From positions 180,001-212,000 of the forward strand of contig NZ_NVQC01000022.1 in assembly GCF_003044035.1 (NCBI RefSeq): DNA of 32,000 nt. Reading direction: 5' to 3'. Positions 1 to 6,537 of the stretch are shown in pieces. This DNA comes from Candidatus Methylomirabilis limnetica (GTDB lineage: Bacteria > Methylomirabilota > Methylomirabilia > Methylomirabilales > Methylomirabilaceae). Below the pieces are notes generated by a model that worked only from the letters and a program-made list of their open reading frames with translations, was not told the DNA's origin and made no database searches. The position numbers and the translations under genes are program-made. Positions within the stretch are counted from its first letter, which is position 1; every line of letters begins with the position of its first letter.

Positions 1-176
1 TCCTTCTCCTCCGGTGCCTTGTCGATCTGGTCGAAGGGGACGAAGGCGACCTTCGCGTTCGCCGCGTGCAGGACCTTCGTGATCGCCGCGGTCAGGGTGG
101 TCTTCCCGTGGTCGATGTGCCCGATGGTCCCGATGTTCATGTGCTCTTTCGTCCGCTCAAACTTAGCCTTGCCCAT
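1..176 (-). CDS. tuf: Elongation factor Tu, first 58 codons (CDS runs off the window start)
   Basis: Reverse-complement translation from the ATG at 176-174 reads [36 protein letters not shown].... It contains the GHIDHGKT P-loop typical of EF-Tu. It lies directly downstream of a Thr-Tyr-Gly-Thr tRNA cluster, as in the classical tufB operon. Confidence 0.95.
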   Translation of the reverse strand, partial: MGKAKFERTKEHMNIGTIGHIDHGKTTLTAAITKVLHAANAKVAFVPFDQIDKAPEEK

Positions 177-278
177 AACACCTCCCAGCCTGAAGGGTGA
201 TCCCTTTTTCCCTTCCGGCACTTATCCGCCGAGGGCGGATTCAGCCGTCCCTATCGAGTATACACGAAGAAGACTACC

Positions 279-354
279 TGGAGCCCACGACCAGGATTGA
301 ACTGGTGACCTCATCCTTACCAAGGATGTGCTCTGCCAACTGAGCTACGTGGGC
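279..354 (-). tRNA. tRNA-Thr (anticodon GGT), CCA encoded
   Basis: The reverse complement GCCCACGTAGCTCAGTTGGCAGAGCACATCCTTGGTAAGGATGAGGTCACCAGTTCAATCCTGGTCGTGGGCTCCA folds by hand into a cloverleaf. It has a 7-bp acceptor stem (GCCCACG/CGTGGGC), anticodon stem CATCC/GGATG with loop TTGGTAA, and a T-loop TTCAATC. Confidence 0.9.
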
Positions 355-570
355 TGGTCCACCGAGGTCTCAATCCACTACGTCACGACTCACGCACATG
401 GGGTAGCTGCGCGACTCGTTCTCTCCGACTCCCCCGAACACACTCCATCGATCGAGAGTTCATCTCTACCCGCTGATCGAGTCTTCTGCTTCCTCTTTCA
501 CCGGCGAGCGAGTACTAAGGAATAACGGTAGAGAAGTAAGCCGACGCGAATGACAAATTAATACGCTCTC

Positions 571-647
571 TGGAGCGGGAAACGGGATTCGAACCCGCGA
601 CCCTCAGCTTGGAAGGCTGACGCTCTAGCCAACTGAGCTATTCCCGC
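571..647 (-). tRNA. tRNA-Gly (anticodon TCC), CCA encoded
   Basis: The reverse complement is GCGGGAATAGCTCAGTTGGCTAGAGCGTCAGCCTTCCAAGCTGAGGGTCGCGGGTTCGAATCCCGTTTCCCGCTCCA. It has acceptor stem GCGGGAA/TTCCCGC, anticodon stem TCAGC/GCTGA with loop CTTCCAA, and a TTCGAAT T-loop. Confidence 0.9.
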
Positions 648-738
648 CCACGCTTGTAGCAGTTGCTCGACACTAGAGAATCTCGTCGAGGGAGCACCTC
701 GTCTCTGGTCTGGCACCCCCTGCACGAGCCCGTTCCAA

Positions 739-823
739 TGGTGGGGAGAGGAGGGTTCGAACCTCCGAAGGCAACGCCAGCAGATTTACAGTCTGCCCCC
801 TTTGGCCGCTTGGGTATCTCCCC
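739..823 (-). tRNA. tRNA-Tyr (anticodon GTA), long variable arm, CCA encoded
   Basis: The reverse complement is GGGGAGATACCCAAGCGGCCAAAGGGGGCAGACTGTAAATCTGCTGGCGTTGCCTTCGGAGGTTCGAACCCTCCTCTCCCCACCA. It has acceptor stem GGGGAGA/TCTCCCC, anticodon loop CTGTAAA and a long extra arm (class II tRNA, 85 nt). Confidence 0.9.
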
Positions 824-862
824 GCATCCCCATTCAGAATCTCCCCGGATGCTAGCTCCCCG

Positions 863-938
863 TGGAGCTGGCGAAGGGATTTGAACCCCCGACCGGCTGA
901 TTACAAATCAGCTGCTCTGCCAGCTGAGCTACGCCAGC
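863..938 (-). tRNA. tRNA-Thr (anticodon TGT), CCA encoded
   Basis: The reverse complement is GCTGGCGTAGCTCAGCTGGCAGAGCAGCTGATTTGTAATCAGCCGGTCGGGGGTTCAAATCCCTTCGCCAGCTCCA. It has acceptor stem GCTGGCG/CGCCAGC and anticodon stem CTGAT/ATCAG with loop TTGTAAT. Confidence 0.9.
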
Positions 939-984
939 ACACAAGCTAGTAGGCTATGACTATTTTGAGAAACGCGCAATGTCG

Positions 985-1013
985 ATATTAAAGATACTGC
1001 AAGCAAAAAGCAA
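985..1013 (-). promoter_or_regulatory. Putative sigma70-type promoter for the tRNA-tuf operon
   Basis: This is an AT-rich island between the rlmB stop and the first tRNA. On the minus strand, TTGCTT (1013-1008) is followed by a 17-nt spacer and then TAATAT (990-985). This is a motif match only, and read-through from rlmB is equally possible. Confidence 0.3.
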
Positions 1014-1024
1014 GCAAAAATTTC

Positions 1025-1825
1025 TTATTGAGGGGATTTTTGAGAAACAATCGCAGTTTCTTGTCCATTCGCTGAAGGCTGCTTCATGATACTATGTTGC
1101 CGACGGATCTCAAAGAGGAAGACAGCAGCAGCAGCAGCAGCATTAAGAGAGTCCACACGACCATATGTGGGGATTCGCGCGAGCAGATCGCACCGCTGTC
1201 GCACTAACACCGTCAGTCCACGGTGTTCTCCTCCGATTACCACGCCCATTGAAGTGCCAAAATCGATCTCGTGGATGGACCGTACAGCACTTGGATCGGC
1301 CCCGAGAATCCAGACACCCTGATCCTTCAGCCACGTGAGAAACGCCGGCAGGCCCGCGACTCTCGCCACGGGTAGATGCTCCACAGCTCCAGCAGAGGCC
1401 TTTGCGACCGCCGGAGTGATCCCGACAGCACGATGTTTTGAGATAAAGAGCCCATCTGCTCCTGCAGCCTCCGCAGTGCGAATGATCGCTCCAAGGTTCT
1501 GAGGGTCCTGAACCCCATCAAGCAACAACAATAACGGCAGCGGGGTGGCAGCCTTGATTCGAGTCACCAGCGCGAAAGGGTCGTCGTAGCCTACCTCACT
1601 GACAACGGCAAGGACCCCTTGGTGTGTAACCCCCTTGGCCAATTCGTCAAGCCGTTCCTGTTTCTCCTGTGTAGAGGGTACGCCCAAGTCGCGGGCGCGC
1701 TTTACAATCTCGACGATCCTGGGATCATACCGTTCCCTCGCCAGATAAATCCGATCGATGTGACGTCGCCCCGCCCGAAGCGCCTCTAGCACAGCATGAG
1801 GACCAACAAGTATGTGCTCCGTCAT
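1025..1825 (-). CDS. rlmB: SpoU/TrmH-family 23S rRNA (guanosine-2'-O)-methyltransferase (RlmB-like)
   Basis: The ORF-track protein from MTEHILVGPHAVLEALRAG... onward has the N-terminal substrate-binding region and the C-terminal SpoU methylase motifs (LLLDGVQDPQNLGAIIRTA, VIGGEHRGL, IPTYGRVDSLNAAAAAAVFLFE). I chose the ATG at 1825 because it overlaps the cysS stop as ATGA. The 1960 start would lie inside cysS. Position after cysS matches the Bacillus-type order. Confidence 0.85.
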   Translation of the reverse strand: MTEHILVGPHAVLEALRAGRRHIDRIYLARERYDPRIVEIVKRARDLGVPSTQEKQERLDELAKGVTHQGVLAVVSEVGYDDPFALVTRIKAATPLPLLLLLDGVQDPQNLGAIIRTAEAAGADGLFISKHRAVGITPAVAKASAGAVEHLPVARVAGLPAFLTWLKDQGVWILGADPSAVRSIHEIDFGTSMGVVIGGEHRGLTVLVRQRCDLLARIPTYGRVDSLNAAAAAAVFLFEIRRQHSIMKQPSANGQETAIVSQKSPQ

Positions 1826-3405
1826 GGCTGCTGTGTCTTCACGTATGTGGCCTTCATGTGCCAGCGGACCCCATCGCCGGTATCGTCTACGACCACACCT
1901 CGGTCCGCCAACCAGGTTCGAATCGTATCGGCAGTTGCCCAGTCCTTCCTGCCACGGCACTGAGCGCGATACTCTACGATAATCCTGATCTTGTCGTCTG
2001 GTACCGGCTGTCCAGATGCAGCGGTCGATTCAATAACATCGCGAGCGTCACGATACTCGTCCTGCGACACGCTCGGGAAGCCGTCCGCCCATTCAGGAGG
2101 TAGACCCCGGGAAGCAATGAACGAGTAGCCCCTTCCAGCAGCACCCTCAAACAGGCCGCCCAACACCGACCCCAACCCACACAACGTCTCCCCCGCTAAG
2201 CAGAGAGCGCTCACCAGCGATTGCTCCGGTGGCCCATCGGCACATCTCAGGGCAATGTTCATATCCCTGGTCAGGTTAAACAGTGCGGCCAGTGCGCGCG
2301 GTGTATTAAAATCATCATCCATCGCGTCCGTAAACTCATTCTCCGCCTCACGAATCTGGTCCAAAAGAGGCAGGGGGTCCATGCGTGAAAGGTCAGCCTT
2401 TGGACTCGGGATATCCCGGAAACGCTGTACCTCATCCAGTACATTGCGGAATCGATCCTCTGCAGCCATAGCGCTGATCAGCGCATCCTCCGAAAAATCT
2501 AAAGGCGCCCGGTGATGGGTGCCTATCAAAAATAGCTTGAGCGCACATGGGCTCATGCGCCCGAGGAGCTCTCGGACCGTCAGAACATTGCCCAGAGACT
2601 TCGACATCTTTTCGGCGCGGATGTTCACAAATCCGTTATGAACCCAGTAGCGGGCAAACAACTTGCCGGTGGCATATTCCGATTGCGCGATCTCGTTCTC
2701 GTGATGGGGAAAGATCAGATCAGCCCCCCCACCGTGGATGTCGAATGTCTCACCGAGGTATTTCATCGACATGGCAGAGCACTCGATATGCCAGCCTGGC
2801 CTGCCTGGACCCCACGGGCTCTTCCAAGCAGGCTCTCCTGGCCTCGACGCCTTCCACAAGGCAAAATCTAGCGGATCGCGCTTTCGCGGATCCACCTCCA
2901 CCCTTGCCCCTACTCGCAACTCGTCGAGGCCTCGATGGGAGAGCTTCCCATAGTCGGGCGCTCGCCTGACCTCGAAATAGACATCGCCTTCTACGGAATA
3001 CGCGAATCCCTTCACCATCAAGGCCTGGATGATCTCGATCATCTCCAGGATATGCTGCGTGGCCCGAGGCTCCTCCGTCGGCGTCCTGAGGCCCAGAGCT
3101 CGCATATCCTGGCGATAGGCCTCGATCTGCTCCTCGGCCAGTAACTCATACGACTGCCCCCGCTCCGCGGCCCGTTGGATGATCTTATCGTCCACATCCG
3201 TATAATTACGCACGTAGAGGACCTTGTACCCTCGGAACTCCAAGTAGCGCCAGATCACGTCGAAGGTCAGAGCAGCGCGCGCGTGGCCGATGTGGGCATG
3301 ATCGTACACGGTCGGTCCGCAGGCGTACATTCGGACCTCGCCGGGCACGAACGGTTCAAACACCTCTTTTTTCTGGCTCATGGTATTGTAGATGGCTAGC
3401 GCCAT
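1822..3405 (-). CDS. cysS: Cysteine--tRNA ligase
   Basis: Class I aaRS motifs HIGHARA and KMSKS are present, and the N-terminus MYACGPTVYDHAHIGH is typical of CysRS. At 527 aa it is about 50 aa longer than E. coli CysRS, owing to extra residues before the C-terminal domain. Confidence 0.95.
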   Translation of the reverse strand: MALAIYNTMSQKKEVFEPFVPGEVRMYACGPTVYDHAHIGHARAALTFDVIWRYLEFRGYKVLYVRNYTDVDDKIIQRAAERGQSYELLAEEQIEAYRQDMRALGLRTPTEEPRATQHILEMIEIIQALMVKGFAYSVEGDVYFEVRRAPDYGKLSHRGLDELRVGARVEVDPRKRDPLDFALWKASRPGEPAWKSPWGPGRPGWHIECSAMSMKYLGETFDIHGGGADLIFPHHENEIAQSEYATGKLFARYWVHNGFVNIRAEKMSKSLGNVLTVRELLGRMSPCALKLFLIGTHHRAPLDFSEDALISAMAAEDRFRNVLDEVQRFRDIPSPKADLSRMDPLPLLDQIREAENEFTDAMDDDFNTPRALAALFNLTRDMNIALRCADGPPEQSLVSALCLAGETLCGLGSVLGGLFEGAAGRGYSFIASRGLPPEWADGFPSVSQDEYRDARDVIESTAASGQPVPDDKIRIIVEYRAQCRGRKDWATADTIRTWLADRGVVVDDTGDGVRWHMKATYVKTQQP

Positions 3406-3423
3406 ATGACTATCCCCGTCATG

Positions 3424-3909
3424 CTACGGCCGTATCTGATGGCGCTGGAGGGACGCAATGGCGAGACAGGCAATACCGTGCCCTGCCCCAAGCGCGCCTA
3501 CTCGATTTGCCGTCGCCGCCTTGACGCTCACTCCCTCGACCGGGGTTCCGATGCTTTCTGCGAGGTTGGCCCGCATCTGCGCAATGTACGGCGCAAGCCT
3601 TGGGGCTTCTGCGATGATGGTCGCATCGATATTACTCACCGTATAGCCAAGGGCCTGCACTCGCTGGAAGGCCTCCCTGAGGAGTAGGAGGCTCGATACA
3701 TCCTTATATTGAGGATCGTCCGTCCCAAAGCAGGATCCGATATCGCCGGCGCACGCCGCACCAAGTATGGCGTCGATCACCGCATGGGCCAGGGCATCCG
3801 CATCCGAGTGGCCCTCAAGGCCTTGATCGAATGGGATCTCCACCCCACCCAGGACAAGGCGCCGACCGGGCACTAATGGGTGCGTGTCGAACCCGATGCC
3901 AACTGTCAT
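3424..3909 (-). CDS. ispF: 2-C-methyl-D-erythritol 2,4-cyclodiphosphate synthase
   Basis: The sequence MTVGIGFDTHPL...GHSDADALAHAVIDAILGA... shows IspF signatures. The ATG at 3909 overlaps the ispD stop as ATGA. The alternative start at 3921 is less likely. Confidence 0.95.
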   Translation of the reverse strand: MTVGIGFDTHPLVPGRRLVLGGVEIPFDQGLEGHSDADALAHAVIDAILGAACAGDIGSCFGTDDPQYKDVSSLLLLREAFQRVQALGYTVSNIDATIIAEAPRLAPYIAQMRANLAESIGTPVEGVSVKAATANRVGALGAGHGIACLAIASLQRHQIRP

Positions 3910-4598
3910 TGGACCATCCACCGCTTCAGGATCAGATCGGCGAGGGGTAAATCCTCTTCGCTCGTAATCTTGAGGTTCTCGTAACTTCCTCTCACAACCT
4001 TGACCATTCCCCCTATTCGCTCCACCAGCGCGGCATCATCGGTGGCAACAATCCCGCCTTCCCGGATCGCCCGGTGAGCCCGCATCAAGAGTGCGTAACG
4101 GAAGACCTGAGGAGTCTGGACCGCCCAGAGCTGCTCCCTCTGCAGCGTCTCTACCACGAAGCCGTCGGTGTCTACTCGCTTAATGGTATCAATAACGGGC
4201 ACGGCCGCGATCGCCGCACCCCATTCTTTAGCAGCCTCTATGGTGGCCAGCACAACCTCACGCGAAACGAAAGGGCGAACGCCGTCGTGGATCAATACGA
4301 GATCCGTCTCCGCCTTCGCCCTCTGTAAACCGATGTAGACTGAATCCTGCCGTGCCTGTCCCCCTGGGACCACCTCCGTCTCTAGATCAATTCTAGCCAG
4401 CTCCAGCGCCTTTCGACCTCTTAACTCTTCCCCGGGAGGAACCACAACGATGATAGCCGAAAGCGCCTTGGATGCCGCAAGCGCTCGCAATGTGTGGCTG
4501 AGTATCGGAAGACCATCCAGCGCGATAAACTGTTTCTTGACCGCTCCCCCGAATCGGACCCCCGCTCCAGCCGCGGGAATAATTGCAGTCACATGCAT
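3906..4598 (-). CDS. ispD: 2-C-methyl-D-erythritol 4-phosphate cytidylyltransferase
   Basis: The N-terminal AIIPAAGAGVRFG nucleotide-binding motif is present, the length (230 aa) is typical, and it is adjacent to ispF. Confidence 0.95.
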   Translation of the reverse strand: MHVTAIIPAAGAGVRFGGAVKKQFIALDGLPILSHTLRALAASKALSAIIVVVPPGEELRGRKALELARIDLETEVVPGGQARQDSVYIGLQRAKAETDLVLIHDGVRPFVSREVVLATIEAAKEWGAAIAAVPVIDTIKRVDTDGFVVETLQREQLWAVQTPQVFRYALLMRAHRAIREGGIVATDDAALVERIGGMVKVVRGSYENLKITSEEDLPLADLILKRWMVQ

Positions 4599-4682
4599 AG
4601 GGTTTAGGGGTTAGGGTTTAGGGTTTAGGGGTTAGGGGTTTCCGAAGGTCCTTGCCTCTACCCTACACCCTATACCCTGCTC
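4599..4682. repeat. Heptamer-periodic imperfect palindrome filling the whole yacL-ispD spacer (12 x 7 nt)
   Basis: Read directly, the + strand is AGGGTTT AGGGGTT AGGGTTT AGGGTTT AGGGGTT AGGGGTT | TCCGAAG GTCCTTG | CCTCTAC CCTACAC CCTATAC CCTGCTC. The left and right arms are complementary with about one mismatch per unit. The tract runs exactly from the upstream TAG stop to the ispD ATG. Confidence 0.85.
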
Positions 4683-5717
4683 CTAAGCGGCTTCGGCCTC
4701 TTCCTTCAGGCGTGAGAAGATCATACGCCCCGCGGTCGTCGGAAGCACAGTGGTGACGCGTACATCGACAGTCTGGCCGATATATCGACGGCCGCTATCG
4801 ACTACCACCATCGTCCCATCATCAAGGTAGGCAATGCCTTGGTTGTACTCCTTGCCTTCTTTAAGAACGTAGACCTGCATTTCCTCACCAGGAAGGACAA
4901 CAGGTTTTAGCGCATTGGTCAACTCGTTGATGTTTAACACCCCGATACCGTGCAGCCCTGCCACCTTATTCAGATTGAAATCGTTTGTCACGATCTTGGC
5001 ATTACAGGTCTTAGCTAGTGCGACCAATTTCGCGTCCACCTCACGAATCTCCGGGAAGTCCACATCGCTGATCTCGATATGCGCATCGACATGCTTCTGC
5101 ATCTTTTGCAAAATATCCAGGCCACGACGGCCACGGTTTCGCTTCAGCGGATCCGATGAGTCGGCAACCTGCTGCAACTCCCGCAGGACAAACTGAGGGA
5201 CGAGAAGCGTCCCATCAATAAATCCCGTCTCGCAGATGTCAGCAATGCGGCCATCAATAATCACCGAGGTATCAAGAATCTTATAGCTCTTACCTAGCGG
5301 CTTTTCCTTGAAAATCCGAACCAGACCCAACACGCTAAACCCTCGGCTCTTCTCGATCGCGATGGCAGCCCCCATGTACGCAGCCCCGAGAGTGACAATG
5401 ATCCGCATGATCATAGCGGCGGGTGTAGGAAGAAAGTCCAGAAAGCTGGAGATAGCACTAAATAAGAATTCGGCCAAACCAAGACCCAAGGCAAACCCGA
5501 TGATTCCACTGACGATGGCTTGCAAGGAAGCCTGATGAAACTTTCGCTGAAGGACCATCACAGCAAGGCCGCACGAGGCCCCTAGAATGAGGCCGGCCAG
5601 CCCACCGATCAACCCAAACAGCCAATGGTTGTAAGCTGTGGCGGCCTGGAAGGCTACAAAGAATCCGATGGCCGCCCCTCCAATACTGGCCGAGAGACCA
5701 ACGCGAGGGGTGTTCAA
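4683..5717 (-). CDS. Membrane-anchored PIN/TRAM-domain protein (YacL-like)
   Basis: About 130 aa of N-terminal hydrophobic helices are followed by a PIN-like domain (ILDTSVIIDGRI...VPQFVLRELQ...IVTNDFNL) and a C-terminal TRAM-like beta domain. It sits immediately upstream of ispD-ispF, as Bacillus yacL does. It apparently starts with TTG. Confidence 0.8.
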   Translation of the reverse strand: MNTPRVGLSASIGGAAIGFFVAFQAATAYNHWLFGLIGGLAGLILGASCGLAVMVLQRKFHQASLQAIVSGIIGFALGLGLAEFLFSAISSFLDFLPTPAAMIMRIIVTLGAAYMGAAIAIEKSRGFSVLGLVRIFKEKPLGKSYKILDTSVIIDGRIADICETGFIDGTLLVPQFVLRELQQVADSSDPLKRNRGRRGLDILQKMQKHVDAHIEISDVDFPEIREVDAKLVALAKTCNAKIVTNDFNLNKVAGLHGIGVLNINELTNALKPVVLPGEEMQVYVLKEGKEYNQGIAYLDDGTMVVVDSGRRYIGQTVDVRVTTVLPTTAGRMIFSRLKEEAEAA

Positions 5718-5766
5718 GCCGATCGCCCCCTTTCATAAACTTCGATGGTCTTACGCATAGTCATCA

Positions 5767-6255
5767 TCAGTGGTTACCCACCGCCTGCTCAACGAGCGCT
5801 CTTGCTCCCTCCTGATCAATCCCGGATGCGTGCGAAATCTCGTTGACCATTAACCTTCGGACATTTTCCAACATCGTTTTCTCGCCGAACGATAGGCTCC
5901 GTTCCTTCTGAAGCACAATCAACTTTCGCAGAACCAGAGCGACCTCAAAGAGCGATCCTGTCCTGATCCGCTCTAAGTTATCCTTAAACCGGCGGTTCCA
6001 ATTCGAACTGATTTCCAGATTATTTTTCTTCAAAATGGCCAGAACCTTTGGGATCTCCGACGGTTCGATGACCTCTCGGAGGCCGACCCGTTCGGCGTTC
6101 TTGGTAGGAACCAGAATAGTCATTCCGTTCCCGATGATGCGAACTACGTAGAAAGACTGCAGCCCACCTGCAGCCTCTTTTTTTTCGATGGCTTCAATCA
6201 ACCCAACTCCATGGGTGGGATAGACTACTTTTGTCCCGGTACTATACATCATCAC
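5767..6255 (-). CDS. carD: CarD/CdnL-family RNA-polymerase-binding transcription factor
   Basis: The N-terminus TGTKVVYPTHGVGLIEAIEKKE... is the CarD_CdnL_TRCF (Tudor-like RNAP-interaction) signature, and 162 aa is a typical length. The start is GTG at 6255 or ATG at 6252 or 6249. Confidence 0.85.
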   Translation of the reverse strand: MMMYSTGTKVVYPTHGVGLIEAIEKKEAAGGLQSFYVVRIIGNGMTILVPTKNAERVGLREVIEPSEIPKVLAILKKNNLEISSNWNRRFKDNLERIRTGSLFEVALVLRKLIVLQKERSLSFGEKTMLENVRRLMVNEISHASGIDQEGARALVEQAVGNH

Positions 6256-6257
6256 GC

Positions 6258-6480
6258 GTAACTACTCAGGTGTTTAGGCTGAAGGCTGAAGGCTCTGAAT
6301 TATCTCGCAAGGCACGAATCAAGCCATTCAAGACCTTCTCGGTTTCTATGACTTTTGGTTCAACCCGATAAACTAACATTGCTACTTCATCAGCCAACTC
6401 AAATGCCCGAAGTTTTGTGTGATCACACATGATTATCCCTAACAGCCTTCAGCCTTCAGTCTGTCTACCTGACTAGTTAC
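6258..6480. mobile_element. IVS-like / MITE-like palindromic element, copy A (42-nt heptamer-periodic terminal inverted arms around a relic four-helix-bundle ORF)
   Basis: The left arm is GTAACTA CTCAGGT GTTTAGG CTGAAGG CTGAAGG CTCTGAA (6258-6299). The reverse complement of the right arm (6439-6480) is GTAACTA GTCAGGT AGACAGA CTGAAGG CTGAAGG CTGTTAG. A paralogous copy lies at 26525-26689. Confidence 0.6.
6266..6430 (-). pseudogene. Internally deleted relic of a four-helix-bundle (23S rRNA intervening-sequence protein family) gene, 54 codons
   Basis: It translates to MCDHTKLRAFELADEVAMLVYRVEPKVIETEKVLNGLIRALRDNSEPSAFSLNT*. The N-terminal DHxKLxAFELADExxxxVYRV matches my recollection of helix 1 of this family. 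...LNGLIRAL resembles its usual C-terminus, and the middle roughly 60 residues are missing. The ORF is below the 60-aa cutoff of the ORF track. Confidence 0.5.
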
Positions 6481-6537
6481 CATTAATCGGCGATTATGAC
6501 AGGGATTCTCTGGCTAGTCAAGATATTTTGCTGCCTG

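Noticed and set aside
328-525. 65-aa + strand ORF in the tRNA spacer, and a 73-aa ORF at 663-884
   Set aside because: They overlap tRNA genes on the opposite strand and have no coding signal. They are artefacts of open frames across structured RNA genes.
1123-1140. (CAG)6 trinucleotide repeat as a possible phase-variation tract
   Set aside because: It encodes an in-frame Ala6 run within the C-terminal helix of rlmB (NAAAAAAVFLFE). Slippage would stay in frame, and the gene is housekeeping.
4599-4640. (TTTAGGG/TTAGGGG)n tract identical in unit to plant-type telomere repeats, which might suggest a chromosome end or eukaryotic contamination
   Set aside because: It is only six units long. It lies exactly between two tightly linked bacterial genes (yacL-like and ispD) on a continuous operon. 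It is also paired with a complementary arm 16 nt away, so it is an internal hairpin and not a terminus.
4683-5717. PIN domain as a VapC-type toxin of a toxin-antitoxin pair
   Set aside because: The PIN domain is embedded in a 344-aa membrane-anchored PIN-TRAM protein in the conserved yacL position. No small upstream antitoxin ORF is present.
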